From Tubulanus polymorphus (Eukaryota; Animalia; Nemertea), in assembly GCF_964204645.1 (NCBI RefSeq), contig NC_134026.1, positions 8,455,950-8,519,949 on the forward strand: a stretch of 64,000 nt of DNA. The letters run 5' to 3'. The position numbers and the translations under genes were made by a program. Positions 28,164-43,709 of the stretch are shown here, one piece after another (position 1 is the first letter of the stretch; every line of letters starts with the position of its first letter). The notes under the pieces are model-generated. The model did no database searches. It saw nothing but the letters and a program-made list of their open reading frames with translations, and was not told the DNA's origin.

Positions 28164-31117
28164 TGTCGAGAGTAAGCCGAGGTTTACTGTACTTCTGCTC
28201 ATTAATAGGCCGTCTGTATACGCGATTTATTTTCGGACAGATCGCGTCTCCATTCATCTTCGGCGAGGGGAAGTCTTTTAAATAAATCATATCAGCCGAG
28301 AGAGCAACTGTCCGGTGAGCATAATAGCGAGGTAAAAATCCGTAATCCGCCACCTGAACCCTCGAAGGACGCGAGGCAGATGAGAATATACGCGCAAGCG
28401 TCTAATGGTATGGTAGATGTATACGGACTGTGTCACTGTCTCCGTCCTCACATACAGTAGGAATGCTAATTGATATTCTCACCGTCACGTCATTGTGTAC
28501 CCACGGACGGATCAACACTATAGTGGACGAGTAAAAACCTTTGACAAGCAATCAAGTAATTTGTTTCAGTCGTGTAAACTGACACGCTGGTTGAGCAATT
28601 TTCGTCATCCTCGTCGTCGTCGTCACGATGATCGTAATGGATTAAGCCCACCGCTGTCGTCGAAGAGAAGGACGAACGAAACTAGCCGATCAATTAATAC
28701 ACAACGTTCAACTCGTATCGCGACGAGCTGAATTCGTTATAACAGGATGATGGCATGGCGCTACCGATGACAGCGAGAGAGGATGAAGGGTGACACTACA
28801 CTGAGGTAGAAGGAAGTGAGGCTGATAGATAAATAGATATTCATTTTCATTAAGGCGTTAATTAACATTATTATATACATAAATACATATGATATAGGTA
28901 ATTCTCAGTGATAGAAGAGACTGAATATAAGATGGAGGTTGGGGATAGAGGATAGGACAAAGATAAGGCAGTGGAGAAGATTGACGACGAGGATGAAAGA
29001 TCAAGCACTAGATTAAGGATAAGTTGGGAATAGGAGAGACTGAATGGAGTATAGAGGTTGGAGACAGAGGAGAGGCTGAAGATGATGAAAGAACAAGAAA
29101 GATAGTGAGGATGAAGTGAGAATAGGAAAGACTCATTGAAGGATTGAGGTTGGGGAAAGGGCAAAGATGAGGCAGTGGAAGAGATTGAAGATGTTGAACA
29201 GAGTGAAGACGCTGAGCGGAGATACAGAGGTTAGAAGTTGGCAATAAAAGCTGGGTCCGATTGACATAGAAATATGACGAAGGCTGAACGCAATAAGCCA
29301 AGCCTAAAGTTGATCATTCGAAGGTTGAATTTTCTAATCTTTACCCATTCAATTAACACCGCCTTTTCAAAGCGAGTAGCTGACAAAAGCCTAGGAAAAC
29401 TAGAAGGCAAATCAATGTTTTTCTGGATGTTTTACAGGATTTTGTTGTCGTTGCGAAACGTAGCTGGAATTCGGCGTATACCGCGCGCGCAGTCGTAAGT
29501 ACCGAATGACATGACGTCGACAAAGTCACAGGAGGATACCTCGTCTAACTCCCCGACAGCGCTTTTGATCGACACTTCATTCGAGGACTAATAACGTCGA
29601 AAAAATACGTATATGAATATATAGATTTTTTCTCTTATACACCGTACGACTGAATAGACGACTTATCGATATCATGATCGACTTACGTCACTGAATAATC
29701 GGACGATTTCGAAAAACAAAAAAAAACCGCTGTCTCCGCGATCCTGATGTAGATAATAGTTTCGCGTATGCGTCATTATTCGGGTCCCCGATGCGAAACA
29801 ATCAATCAAACGAACGACTTTGTCAACCACCGTACCGAAGGTCGCGGCGTCCCGCGGGGCTCATTATGCGGGCATTCTGATTTTTCAACAAAGCGCACAA
29901 TGCCGGAATTCGCCCGAGCCCGATTTTTTTCGCTAGCTCTCTTTCGAATAAGAGACGCATAATGATAACTCGTTCTATGGAGCGTTCGTAATATAAAGAA
30001 ATTCGTTATGGGTTGAAAAAGAAGAAAAAAACGCGCGCATAATAGTAAACGAAAATCTATACGCGGCGTCTAAATTTAGAACATTCAATTCCAATGTGAC
30101 AAGTGCAAAGGTCTTTCTCGACGGAGAAGAAAAAAACAAACGAATCGCATTCAAGCCGAAATACGAGGTCGCGATGAATGGGCTCGTCAAATTCGGGATC
30201 TTACATAAATGCTGAAAACGATATCGCTTTCTGTTCAAACAGGAATCCGACTCTTTATTATTGAAAGGCCGACTTTAAAATGTATATATACACACAAATA
30301 TACAAATCTTTAGCCCGGCGAACTAAAGCTTTTTTTCGCATTAATTGTCAACGTCGTCGCGAAGATCAAATTTCAAGACTTTCTCATTTTGACTTTTCAA
30401 TTTCGTCATCGGTCGCATAGTAGAAGCACGAAGGGCCGCCTGCGCTCGCAAACGTAAACAGAAAACGGTAAACAGAAAACGCGCCGCTGGAAGGTAAATT
30501 TACCATTAAGCATTGTAGCGTACCCTCATCGAAATCAAACCTGGCGCATACGCACATACACAGACAATACCGAGCTATTATCAACTGGCTAGAAAAATTG
30601 TTGATCTTCACTTAAACGCGAAGTTCAACAGTCAACAATAGCTGATCAATGGCGTCTAAAAATGCAGAAGGCGACGGGGTCTTTCGCCGCGAGAAGTTGT
30701 ATTTGTGCAGCAACGCTTGCCGTCCCTGCCGCTCGAATTGCGAGCATTATATATTCCGGTCTCAGTACGGATTAATCAGTGCACGGCGTGCGAAGAAATT
30801 CAATCAGGCCGCCGCTCTTTTCTCCCGCGCGTTGACACAAAGGCGATGAAAATTTTTTCTTAAAAGCGTCGTCGCTCGATGCGCGCTCGCGGATTCGGCG
30901 CAAATGATACAAGCCTATTGCCAGATTGAGAAAGTGGAAATCAATTCAGTCCCGTTTTTCGAAGATGCAACAACCACCGGCCCTGTTTCAGCGTATAAAG
31001 CGCGCTCGCGACTTTTATCGCCTCCAGAGATCTATATATCCGGGCGCACCGATCTAGGTGCAGCGAGCCTGACTCAACGAGAGACTAAAAAACTTAGAAG
31101 CGCCTCCTGCATTTTTA

Positions 31118-31482
31118 CCCATTAGCTCCCAGGAATTTCACTATGTCGCGTCTATCACAGACAATTTCAGGGAAAATCCCCATTCTTCTGCTACAAATTT
31201 TGTAGTAAATTGTCTAGGCTTTTATATGATACAAGATTTGATGATCAGAATCGTGACCTTTTGCCCCCCTCCCCGAAAATCATCCCGAATTACTTGGATA
31301 TAAGCGAGGATCAGTCACGTTCGTACTCGAGAATTTCAAATAGGAAGATGTTGATCTCTGACGACTTGGCTGTCTAGGTTATCCTTTGCTATCGGGGTCA
31401 AATCCCACTATAGCCGACAAAAAAAATATCAGGGCAGATTCGGGTGGCTTGAGGGGTATAGACAGGCTTGAGTATTAATGGG
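31118..31482. mobile_element. Second, diverged copy of the same piggyBac-like MITE, in opposite orientation
   Basis: Ends TTTA|CCCATTAG and TAATGGG|TTAA. Both subterminal regions and the internal block (ctcgagaattt.aaataggaagatgttgat) match the reverse complement of 41183-41661. Confidence 0.8.
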
Positions 31483-34400
31483 TTAAAACATATATCAGAT
31501 GGAAAAAAAAAAGATTATTCGACGTCGAATTCGGTTCTTTTTTCGAAACTGAAAGGCAAAGTGAAATTATGTAAAACTGAATCGAAGCCAATTGTTCAAT
31601 CGACAAATATAGAAAAAATCTGATCGAGCTGTCAAGTTTTCCATTGAAAGGTCTCATGCATTCTCGCATCTGTTGACATTTCCAAAAAAAAATCGAACAT
31701 TGTTCATGTATTAGAAAAAAAAGAAACATTGTTCATACATCCTAATTCATATTCAAATACTACAGGTTTTTTCTTCTTAAATCGACAATATTTCAGATAT
31801 TCAAGTATAACCGATTCAAAGCGAATCATAATGCATCGACCGACGTAGCGAAAAAATCTGATTTAACAATAACGTTAAGTTTTCCATTTTTAGCGGCTGG
31901 TCGAGCGATTTTTAGAATTAACATGTCGGCTAATTGATAACCGGTGCGGGTTTCAGTTTCAGCTCGAACATCATCGATTATTCATCATTGAGCAACTTTC
32001 TAAAACGCTCTCGCTGGCTTACTACCCAGAACCCCCGAAGAGAAAAAAAACAAAGTCATTAGGTTACATGTGGTTAGGTTTTCATCGAATGTCGGGAGCG
32101 CCGACTATTCACGGAGCTATACGAGAGATGATCGAAGCAGATGAATTTCCATCGAGAATCACCTGCATGTGATTAGCGCCGATTTCCTACGATGGTACCA
32201 TATCATACTGTTACTGTTTTTTATTGCGCAAAAAAATACTGCTTTTAAAACCCGAAGGTACGATGACTCAGTCGAGAAAATGTGGCGGTGGTGTCGATGA
32301 TGGTATTCGTACCTTTGATGATAACGATAATAATACGGCCGCGGCGCTTAGCGACGACGTAGAATTCCGTTCCATTCATCGAGAATCAGGAATGGCAATC
32401 AGCGTTTTATTAACGCCGCACAATGGCGGGTCAAGTTCCATTGAAAATTACGACAAAGATCCGGAATGGGAAAGATGAATAAGCGCGTAATGTAAGAACC
32501 GTTAGGGGCTTCGTCGGCGCGTGGTTTTTTTATTCTCGCGCTCTATCGGGCGAGCGAAAGTCTTCTAGGTTTCTATAATTTGAATATAAATTTGATTCGC
32601 CTTTCGCGATACCGATCCGCTCGCGAGGAGATGCCGCATCGTGGACGGAATATTGAATATATGCGTATACGTGCATGCGTACTCCCGACGTCAGCGGAAG
32701 CAACGAGTCAATAAAGAGAATTGGAACTTGTTGACTTCGATTTCGGTACATTCGCATTCGTGGTAACCATTTTTTTAATGATATACAACCAGGTTTCACA
32801 CCAAGGGCCAATCTAGAATACTTAGAAGAGGGTGGACCTGATAATTGGAATGGCAGATTTGGCAATGTAAGAGCCGCAAGCGGTTGGGGTTTGGCGGTCG
32901 GGGTTTCGGGGCCTCCCACGGAAAATTTAGAACAAAAACGGGCTTTCGTAGCTCTTATCAGAGCCTAATCGGATTAATTTTTTAATTTCCAGATCTTTTG
33001 GGAAGTGCATTTGAATTTTGACCAGTAATTTTGACCCTAAATCCTCCCTTGAGACTGTAACCATTGGTTGAAAAGACAGGAGATAACTACCGGCTTTTTG
33101 AAGATGAGCTTTTTGAAGATATCACGACGACAAGGGAAAAATTTGCGAGGCATTTAAAAAGAAAAACTGATCCGCGTATCAAATAATCCTGTGATGTACG
33201 CGAAGATGTTCAGCTCTTACGTTAATGCCGATCTTTATGCAGTTTTTCGCATTACGCTTTTACAACTGCACAGAAGCCCGTGCGAACAGTTGAGTAGACG
33301 CTCTTGTTCATCGCCTTCCCTATATACTTGATCTAATAAAAATATTTGGCCGCGCTCATTATTAACTCTCGTTCATCGGCGCGTCGGGAATTTTTACGTC
33401 CCGCCGCCCGCGAACGATCGCTGCCCGCCGACTCTATCGGCGTTAGTATTAGCTCGCGAACGCGGCTTCAAGCGCGGGTGCCCGATAAAACCGCAATAAA
33501 ACCGGGATTTCATCCGCAGTCGGATTAAGCATACAGCGATAAAAACCCGAATGATGTAATGGAATTACCTGCCGCTTAATAACTACACGGCACGCCGCAA
33601 TTAATACAAACATCAAAGCCATCCCTGCAAGGTCTTTACTTCGCTACAACTCGACGTGCGCTCGATTCCTAGTCGCAATATAGGCTACGAATTTACGGCT
33701 GTATTTTTGGCTCGATCGTTTTAAACCCCTAACCGATTCATGCGCATATCGGAAGAAAATCGCGGGAACCAGATCGTCGCCGTCGTGCAAGATGGCCGCC
33801 GCCGCCTTCTTACCGAGACGTCACCTTTCGCGTAGTTTATAAACGTCCGGCCTCGTCGATTATGCATTCAGTCAATGATACCTTAGTATCGCGCGGCGGC
33901 GTCGACTTCAGCTATATATGATTAGCATTTGATCGCGAAATTAATGGGGATACCAATCGTGATGTACAGTCGGTACAAGCGGCGGGCTTCACAACGCGCG
34001 GAGAGGAAAAGCGAGCTAAGCGTGCAAGCGGACATTTTATGATCGAACCGACGATGAGGGACGCGGAGTCAGTGCTACAACGTCGGTTGTTGAAACGCAC
34101 GCGCGGGTATCGAAAAAAAAACGGAATGAATCCCGATCCCATGTTTCGATCTCGATGGATACCATGCCACGATGTACACACGGGTAAGACCCGACAGGCC
34201 AGTAATCGCGCAATCTTGAGTCGCGATCATACAGAGTCGATTCGGCCCGTGCCAAATTGGCACGGATCGGGCCCCGAGACAAATTTGGCATGTGCCTAGA
34301 GAGCACTCACATATTAAAATGGTCATTGGAGTTACTATATTCTAAACACTGCCACATGCTCCACTTGGGCAGCCACCCCCTCCTGAAATATCTACTGCCC

Positions 34401-37293
34401 CACCAGAGTGGATGTCAATATTCTAACAATGCTGATTATTGCTTTATAATTGAGCTTATACGAAAAATTGAAGTTAATAACCAAAATTAAGCTTGCATTT
34501 TCAGTATTTTTTGGAGTCATGCTATTTCAGCAGCCAAGATAATGAAGCCCTTTTAGAATTCAAGCAGCATAGTGACCAGATGATACAAAACCATCTCATA
34601 TCTGACGGCCCAACATTTCCAGACCGTTATGAAAACAGCGCGGATATCAAATGAAAACTGAGCGACAGGCCATATATAGGTAACTCCAAGATCCAACTTA
34701 GCTCAATCAAAAGTCATTTAGTACAATGGATAACAAACATATAGGTTCCAACAAAAGCATCAAACACAAATAGCATAAACATACATAACTGATAGTGTAT
34801 AACAGATCTACAGCGGAATATAATCCCGGAAAGAGTAAGTAGTTTTAGTGGGTGTTCACCTACCGTTTTAGAAATCACTGTTCAAACCGTTATAAAGTTT
34901 TATCGAAGTGGGTGGCTTATAGATATACCGTTTTCGTCCACCATGACAACTGGTCAAGAAATCATATCAATTTAGGTCTTTAATCACGACCGAGGGCCCC
35001 AAAGGAATGTTTATCTGATTTCATTGATAAACCATTGTCCCGCAAACAAATGTTGTCATTTAACAAGTAGAGTAAGAGGGCTAGTTCCATATATGAAAGT
35101 CATATATCGGCAAATTCAATTTGATATATGAAGCGTATTATTACTCAAAGCCCGATCGTAGTGAAAATGACAGAACAAATTTCGTATAAATGAAGAACGA
35201 AAAGAAAAAAATAATCGAAGATTTTCTTTTAAATAATGGAATTTTCGAATAGAAAAAAGGCTTTCTTTACCTGGTCGTTATCTTGATCAAATTCACCGTC
35301 CTAGAGGAAAATGAAAACAGAACAAGTCTTGGTAAAATTGCACACAAAATCGAAACATCCTGAATATACGAAACCGACCAGCCAGCCTTTTTTTTGGTAT
35401 GTTTTTTAAATACGGTGGGTGGGGGGTAAGAGATCGCTTCGAATTGCAAATCTGTTATACCACTTGGCGTCGTCTAGCGCGCGTGCGTACACGCGAAAAA
35501 CTCGACTAAGCCATCTAATTTCGAGCGCGTGAAAATGTACAAATTCTCATGCAAGTTTCTAAAGGGTCGATTATTACCTTTTTCTTCTAAGAGTCTCAGT
35601 GCACTGCCTTTTATAACAGCCGAAGAAATTTGCGATGCTCACCGCGTGCTAGCACAAACAGTTCTAAAGGGCACAGGGCATCCGGGTGGTGGTATAATCT
35701 TTCTCGGTTTAAAGGTATAAACATGTCCCTACTTATTCCTCGGGGAGATGGGGGACTTATTTAGAACAACAAATATTTATCTAAGTGAAAGGGAAAAGGG
35801 CGCTAGCGCGCACACATAGATGCTCTATAGCTAAAGGTGGGTAAAAGTCAATACTCTAATGAACGGTTGGCAGTTTCTATGCATTTACAGACAAGACTAA
35901 GCCTAAGTGTAAACAAAGTCACTAAAATCTATAGGCCTGTAGGAATGAAAATATCTGGACTGAGGCTTATTTGGAGGAGGATGGTATAAGGCGGTGAAGT
36001 GGTGCTCTATATAATATTATGTAACACATTTGGGGTATGTATATATATATAACTGGCAAGGCTGGCAACTAGAATACAAGCAAAAATACATCGTAAATAA
36101 GAGAAAAAAAACATACATCATACAGGTGCTGAAAATGGAATAATCTGGAAAAAAGAAACCCACGCTAAACTCCCGGCTACTCGTAAATTGAAAACGTTCA
36201 TGCGGTCAATTAAATTCGATTTATTTTTATTTCTACGCGAAGATACTCGCGCCGAGATGATAATCATCGCTCGGAATGATGAAAGTGGCCTCGAAATATG
36301 ATTCCCGGGGTATTGATAATCCCCCTAACCCCCCCCCCCCAAGTTAAAACTACTGCAGCGGTTTATAGGTAGCATAACGCGAGCACTAACACTCACATAT
36401 ACACGCACACACACACACGCTCATACGCTAGACTATCTTTTCAGCTAAACATGAATGAATTTATCGCCGACATTGTCACATCTCGACCGTCTTCTACTAT
36501 CATATCAACATTAATATTTCATCATCGCGGATCATTATCGTCAACGCGATCGAGTAAATCTTTTCGGCGACAGTTCCGAGACAACAATTCGCCGTATCGC
36601 GATCGAAGATGCCGTTTTTCGAAGAGAAAACGAAATGGATATCTAAATTCCTAAAATACACGGACATGCCTATACTACTACGTAGCGAGGGGGAAATTTC
36701 TCGTCACGAGCAAATTGCTTTTATTGGCGCTACCCGCAAACAATGAAAATATTTAATAGCCCGAGAAATAGGACAGGTAGTTGTTAGCGGGACTAATGCC
36801 TTCTCTATGCAGTCTGTCGAATGACAATTAATCGGAAAAGCGCCCGAAGGTTTTTCCGACAATTGTGTCTACGTTTTATAGGCCGCACATACATAGGCAT
36901 AGGCCACCGTCGTGAATATCTCTCCACCGGCGTTCGCGGCACCAGAGCGAGTGGACACAACTTCGAATCTAACAATCTGAAGGGCTACGTCCTTATATTC
37001 AAAGTCCGTCGACCTGTAGTTGTTGTAAACGTTACCTTGAGGTGGGATATGAATTCATGGCGCTGTACGTATGCACTCGCGGATAGAGTTCAATGTCTAG
37101 CTATTTCAAAGGCAATAATAAGTAGCCCTAAACCTTACACAGCTATAAAGGCTCTAACTATAAATCGCGACGCATTTAACAACGCCGCACAATCGAATCA
37201 AATTTAAGTGACCCTTACTGTCTTAATAACTATCATGAGAAACATATATACATATGCCAAATTAGTCAGCGCAAACATTTCTAATGACATAAG

Positions 37294-37440
37294 ATGAAAA
37301 TAGCCCTAAAACAGCTAACGATCAAAACGCAAAATAGATGCAATTGTGAAATACGTTGGCCTTCATTTTTCTAAAAAAAAATGGTAAAAATGAAAATAAC
37401 CTTAAAACAGCTAATGATAAAAATGCAGAATAGATGCAAA
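37294..37440. repeat. Diverged tandem duplication (~96-bp period)
   Basis: atgaaaata.cc.taaaacagctaa.gat.aaaa.gca.aatagatgcaa occurs twice. Confidence 0.75.
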
Positions 37441-40400
37441 TGCCTAATAAGCTGAAAATATCCGAAAACGGCTATGGTAAACGTAATACAGGTGGCTTAA
37501 CCGTTTCCAGGGCTTAAACAACGCTAATCACCGCCAAGTACGGTTCAACGACAATAAAGGAAGTCGAATAGTCTTTAAGAAAAAAAAAAAACACTGAAAC
37601 GCTGTCATTTCGATATCTGAGATTTAGCGTCCTGGAATTGCGCTTGCGCGCGCGTTAATACCAAAGTTCACGAGTCTCTTATTAATCCCCACGCAATTAA
37701 TCGAGACAGCTGTTGCCAATACGAAGCCTGTTACTGATGGAGTACGGATTCAGCTCATAGCTAGCTCGAGTCAGCGACATCATCGATGACGACATCATCG
37801 ATGACGCCGACCGTCAACATTACCGACGACGATGAGAAACAGAGAGAGCAAGCAAGAGCGAGTGAAGCTATTTTTCACTCGCAAAGCTGCTGCACACATC
37901 CTACTTTGACTAATGGCTTCGAAAAGGCCATAGGTTATTCGACGAAATAGATAGATAGAGAGAGAGGGAGAATTTGCCAGTGTACAAAAGTGGATTGCGT
38001 TTGTTCTCAAAATATCGCAAACGCCGTTGATGTCTTCGTATCGCTTTACCTACTAATGTCTGACGTGATTAGCACGAACGACGATGTAAATACATTTGTC
38101 GCGTTAAAAACCCGGTCATATTCGGGAATGGTTATTTTATAAAAAATGAGAGAAAGAAACAAACCAGTTACCCGCGCACGTGATAATTTGACCGATCGAC
38201 GACGATGCCGTTCGCGGTGCATTTCGTATTTTAACGTGACAATTCAAAAAACTTAATTCGATAAAATCGAATGCCGGAGTGCCGAAATTGAGTTGTTCGC
38301 CTACATCTTAGTTCGCTAGTCTCGACCGGACTAATGATTTAGCATTTTCGCGTCAATTTCGCGATATCAAAATATAATTGAATTCGTGCTTATCGCTGAA
38401 AATTTTTCCTCGCCGTAACATCGCTCAAGGCTACGCGGGATATTTGATCAGGTGCGAGCTAGAATTCCTCATGAATGTTGGATTATCTATTATCTTCTAT
38501 ACACAGTCGCGTTGCGTCTGCCATAGGCTTATCTCATTATTCAGAAAGACAAAAAATCGTCGAATCAAATCAAAACGATGACAAATGGATCCGAATCAAA
38601 ATATCATCACCCGACTACTTGACTACTTCTCCGTTTTTTAGGGAAGGAAGAGAGAAAAATGATGTCATAATGGCCTATTACAGCCATGGACAATGCAGGC
38701 AAGAGATGTTTATACTGCCTTTAAGTTCCTTTATCCCCAAAGTGAGCAAACAACCCAAAATATATAAACGTCGTAATCATTAAAGTAAATATACTTGGTA
38801 ACAAAATATGCCAATTACGCTGGTGCCAAATGGGTTTACGTTTTACAGGGGCCATATTTGGCCCAACAAAAATCATCGTATCAGGCCTGTGCCAAATCTA
38901 TTCAGAATAATCCGCGTGAACACTAACTGGTTTTTGAAGTGACCCACCTCGCTTGCCACAGCATTGTTTTGACAAAATTCTAGTATCGATTGCGAGTGAT
39001 GATTTATCTAATCGATTAAATAAGAGGGGCCAATTTCAAGATGAAAAAAACACCCACGAGAAGCAAAATTGTCAATTCAATCATAATAAATCCCATCTTT
39101 TGACGGGTCATTTGCAATAGCTATTTTATATACGATGAATTGTTATATCCAAGTTCGTTATAACGAGGTTCCAGTGACGATCTATCTGTGAACACATTCG
39201 GTACAAAAGCACGGGCGATGATTTGGGTATAGCCTGGTCCGGCCAGTTTGACCGGGGCCGAAACATGGCCAGGCTATACCGTATTTGATTTTAAACCGTG
39301 AATTTTCAGTAAACGACGTAAATACCGATGAATATAGAGATGTAACTAATGACAGTGAGCGGTAGTATCACTGCCACTGCGTATACGAGTCTATTAAGCA
39401 CTCGGTGGATATTTATGAAAGTGGGATTTATTGACACGAGTAATTGCCAATTATCCCGTCATATTTTATTGTCCCGAACAGTGGATTTCACAGATATGTC
39501 GGGAAGCACTTCGCATGAGCGAGCGAAATAGGATCCGCGTAACGGCGCGGGCGTGATGACTTCTCATCAAATCCGGAGAGGCCCATCATCCGCAGTAAGC
39601 GTTTTTACGACTTTCAAATGTCTTCTAGAATACGTGGAAAGAGTATAATTTCTATATACGAAATATCCTGTAATACTTCGCTTGCAAATGATTTGTCGAA
39701 TAAAAGATTCATATGATTTTATATACTATAAGTGGATTTGAAATTTTAATTAGAAGTATTGATCTTTCAGGCACCAACTCAAGAAATTACTTAAGCAGTG
39801 AATTCTTTTTTCAATCAGCCAGCATTGGCCGGCCTATCAGGGGGTATCAGGGGGTGAGGTTTGGTCGAGACCAGGAATCATTACCTGCTTCAACATATAC
39901 TACAGCAGCACTGTGGCGCTATCACAAAAAAACAACTTTTGAGATTTCTGTAAAACTACATTTACATTTTTTGCAATGAACTTTCATTCGTTGAATAAAG
40001 AGCCTAAAATAAACGACTAATTTAGGGCTAATTAGTAGTTTTTTTATCTATCCGATCCTAGGTCATTGCGTGGAAGTATCTTTTGGTTAAGTTGTTGTGG
40101 AAAGTACAATTTAGATGGCATATGCCTTTTAACTACGTCCTATGTAAAAGCAAAATACATATATAGATATATAGCAGATAGTCTGAAATTAAAAATCATT
40201 CAGACAACCCTAGCGTGGTAGAACAACCAACTCACTTCTGGGTCATTCGAAAGTTAGTTAATGAACTAAACAAAAATGAAAGGCAAAATACTCGCACTAA
40301 ATGTTCGATAATAACAAATTCTTTACGACAAAAAAATCGACTGTATAATGCGCGTTCATAAACATCCGAGGGTGTATAGAAATGGTGTATATTTATGCGT

Positions 40401-41182
40401 TACTGACGAATTAAGCCAGCTGCGAATATTCGATCAAACGCATCGTAATCAACGACCAATAAGTGTCAATCACGCCAACAATCACCGTACTCGATAACCT
40501 TTCATTCCGTCTCTAAAGTCTGTGTCACCAAAAATACATAAAACGATAATAAACCCAAAGAAAGAAGTGCCTATAGCTAATCTAGAAATAATTAATTCAT
40601 AATAAATTCCCTTAAAATAACAGTATGCCTAACATACGACTAAATTACTTATAGTCTTTTTCTCTCTCTCTCTCTCTCTATGAACTGGATGAGGAATCGG
40701 GCAATTACAGATAAAGAATGTTACAACGCGAATTCATTGTTTAACTATGGATTTTACGCGCGCGGTTATAGCTGTGAGTTCTTCCATGGAATGATCACTT
40801 TATGCAAGAAAGCAATAAACTCTTCAATTAAGTAATAAAGAACTGGCGATTCTCTCTCGCTCATTCTCTCTAACTCGTGTGGAGTGCACTGGTTTAACCC
40901 CGTCAACTTGTCTTTTAAGCGCAGGTCTGAGCGCTGCGAACGAATTCAAGACCGATGACAATTAAAGTCCAACGGCGCTTTCGAGTATGAAACGCTAATT
41001 TTCAGCAAGGAGTTTTCGGCTTTCTCTCTATTTACGGGTAGAGGCAAATTTTTTTTCTCAAAGTTTGTTCTCTCAAGGTTTTCCGCTATCAATTCCCAGA
41101 CAAAAAAAATCTCCACATACACGAGCATAGGATGATCACACTATAAAGTAAAAGTATACAGGTTTTTTCCTGTGTATATTAA

Positions 41183-41661
41183 CCCATTAGCACTCAAGCG
41201 GCCCGTATCTGCCCCGCCTATTACTCCTCAAGCCGCCCGAATCCACCCAGGTACTTTTTTCGTATGCTGCACAAAAATGGTTATAGCGAGATTCGAACCC
41301 AAAAGTTTTTGATAAACTAGACACCCAAGTCTTTAGAATACCGTACAGAAATCAACATCTTCCTATTTCAAATTCTCGAGTATTTGGGGTATAAACATGA
41401 CTGATCTGAGCGCTCACTTCAAATCTTAGTAAGTTTGAATGAATTCCAGAGGTCTATAAGGAACTGATTTTGGTGGCCCACCTCATCTAATCTTACATCA
41501 AATGATAGCCTTTACTATTTACTATAAAATAACACGAACTTGTAATGCATGAAAATAAACAGCAAATGAGCTATTACGGTATCGCGATGAACTTGGATTT
41601 TCCTTCGAATTTTCTGACGAGTAATTGATACTACGTAGTGAAATTCCTTAGTGCTAATGGG
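41183..41661. mobile_element. Non-autonomous piggyBac-like element (479 bp)
   Basis: TTAA on both sides (41179-41182, 41662-41665) and perfect 12-bp TIRs CCCATTAGCACT / AGTGCTAATGGG. No transposase ORF. Confidence 0.85.
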
Positions 41662-43709
41662 TTAAACTATTTTCTGGGTTTATAGGAAATTGGAACGCTG
41701 TAAGCTACTAAAAAAAAAGATCAGCAACCTCGTAACCTCGACGCCTATACGCAGCTTAGCAAAAAAAAATCAAGTTTGAGCACTTACGTTTTTACAGGAA
41801 TATAATATACATACGTGGTACTTACAAATGTACTAGTACACCATATATAATTATTTGTTTAATGATTAAGTATCTGTCTGTCAGTTTTGTTAGTCGAGTA
41901 TGCTTCCTTATTGTGCTTGAGCCCAGCGGTAAGAGTGTCATTGTATGAACAGGTTGATATAGCCCCCTTCATATATATATATACACTTAAATACATATTT
42001 GTTTGTTTCACGCCGAATGCGGGCGCCCGAATAAAAAGTACCTGTCCATACACCCCAAGTCGGCATTCGTTTTTCGGAAATGCAAAAATTAATAGCCATA
42101 AATCTGAATATACGAAATCATACTCGCAAATTGAGCGTAAAAATAATCAAGATTAGGTTGAAATTCCGATCGAATTAGCTTACTGTACTTGGCTGCTTTG
42201 ATTGATTACAGTCAGTAATTTTCATACGGCTAAGATTCTTATTCATTAGTACGAATAATACTGATTGGACAGTGGCCTAGCGGGACACTATTTAGTTACT
42301 TCACGATGGTGAAAATTCGTAAAGAATTCCGTTAAATTAATCTATCCCGAGCTAAATGAATACTTCGCTTATACATGAACGCAATGCAATGCCTATATGC
42401 TTGTGAGCATACAGCATGCGTTGTGTAAAGAAGCCTTTGTCAATACCTCGTGCGGCAGACTTGTTCGAGAAACGAAATCGAAAAATCTCCCCACGGAATC
42501 TTTGAATTTCGCGAAAAGCTGAAAGCGCTTTCTATCAAATCCTATCTGAACGCGATCCTGATCGGCATATAAAACACGCAGTTAGCAGCAGCAGCAACGA
42601 CGACGACGGCTCCCCGAGCCGAGCGCGCTATAAGCGTACACGACGATGACGACGATGCACACAACATCACGACCAACAAATCAATGAAAATGCGACATCC
42701 ACCGCACAAGCACTAGCGACGTAATTACAACATAAGCCATTCTATAAAATTAAGCGTCTCCATCACCTCGAATAAGTGTACGGCAATAATTCAATGTCAA
42801 GTTACCAGAAACCCATGTACTCGTATACGCGTACTATTATGCAGATTTAATCACAATTATTCGCGATCTCGCGAAAAGAACGCCGTGTAGCGTCGGTCGT
42901 GTACACATATTGCTTGGGACATTCGGGGCATCTTTACGCCCGTAGGCGAAGACGTAGAAAAAAATCGACCAATAATAAATACGTGTGCGGCAAGATTGAA
43001 AAAAAAAGCGATAAGTTCTCTCGTTGCATAAGGGTAGTTTTAATCAGGCGACACAAGCTGATTTGCTAAGGTGTTTAAATACGGCGCAGAAGTGTATTTA
43101 AACACTGGTTAGCATTTAACAACCCTAAGGCTTTCTATCCACGTAAATGCTATCACGGCATTACCTACGGATAATAGAGCTATCTGTGTTCATTAAAATC
43201 GTACTATTGTCCGGAAACGAACCAAGAATTACATGAAATGCGAACCGATGCGACGCACACTAAGCCTATACCGTCCTAAAACTATACTAAAGCCTATATC
43301 GCCCTAAAACAGTCTTCTCTTTTTTGCGCGTGTAGACTTCTTATAGGCTTCTTCATATCGCATTTGCTTCCTCACTAACCATTAGGTCAATTCCGAACAA
43401 CAATTGAATTCCCCTAAACCCAAACCTACCTATAGCGCGTTAACAGACCAGTAACATCTGCTGAACAAATGTTTAGAATTTGATAGATACCACAAACAGG
43501 GATAAGAATAAGTTTACCCAGGCTCCCTGATGCAAATTGGCAATATCTAATCTTCAGCTCCCTAGGCATTCTCTAAATTGGAAACCTCTGCATTTATAAA
43601 TAGCACCGAAACACAGACAACATCATCATCAAACCGTTGAAGTCTGGTTGTCATTTGGCAGATGTACAGGGGTATACATTTGATAGCTCTTGATTCCTAG
43701 GGGAGAATC

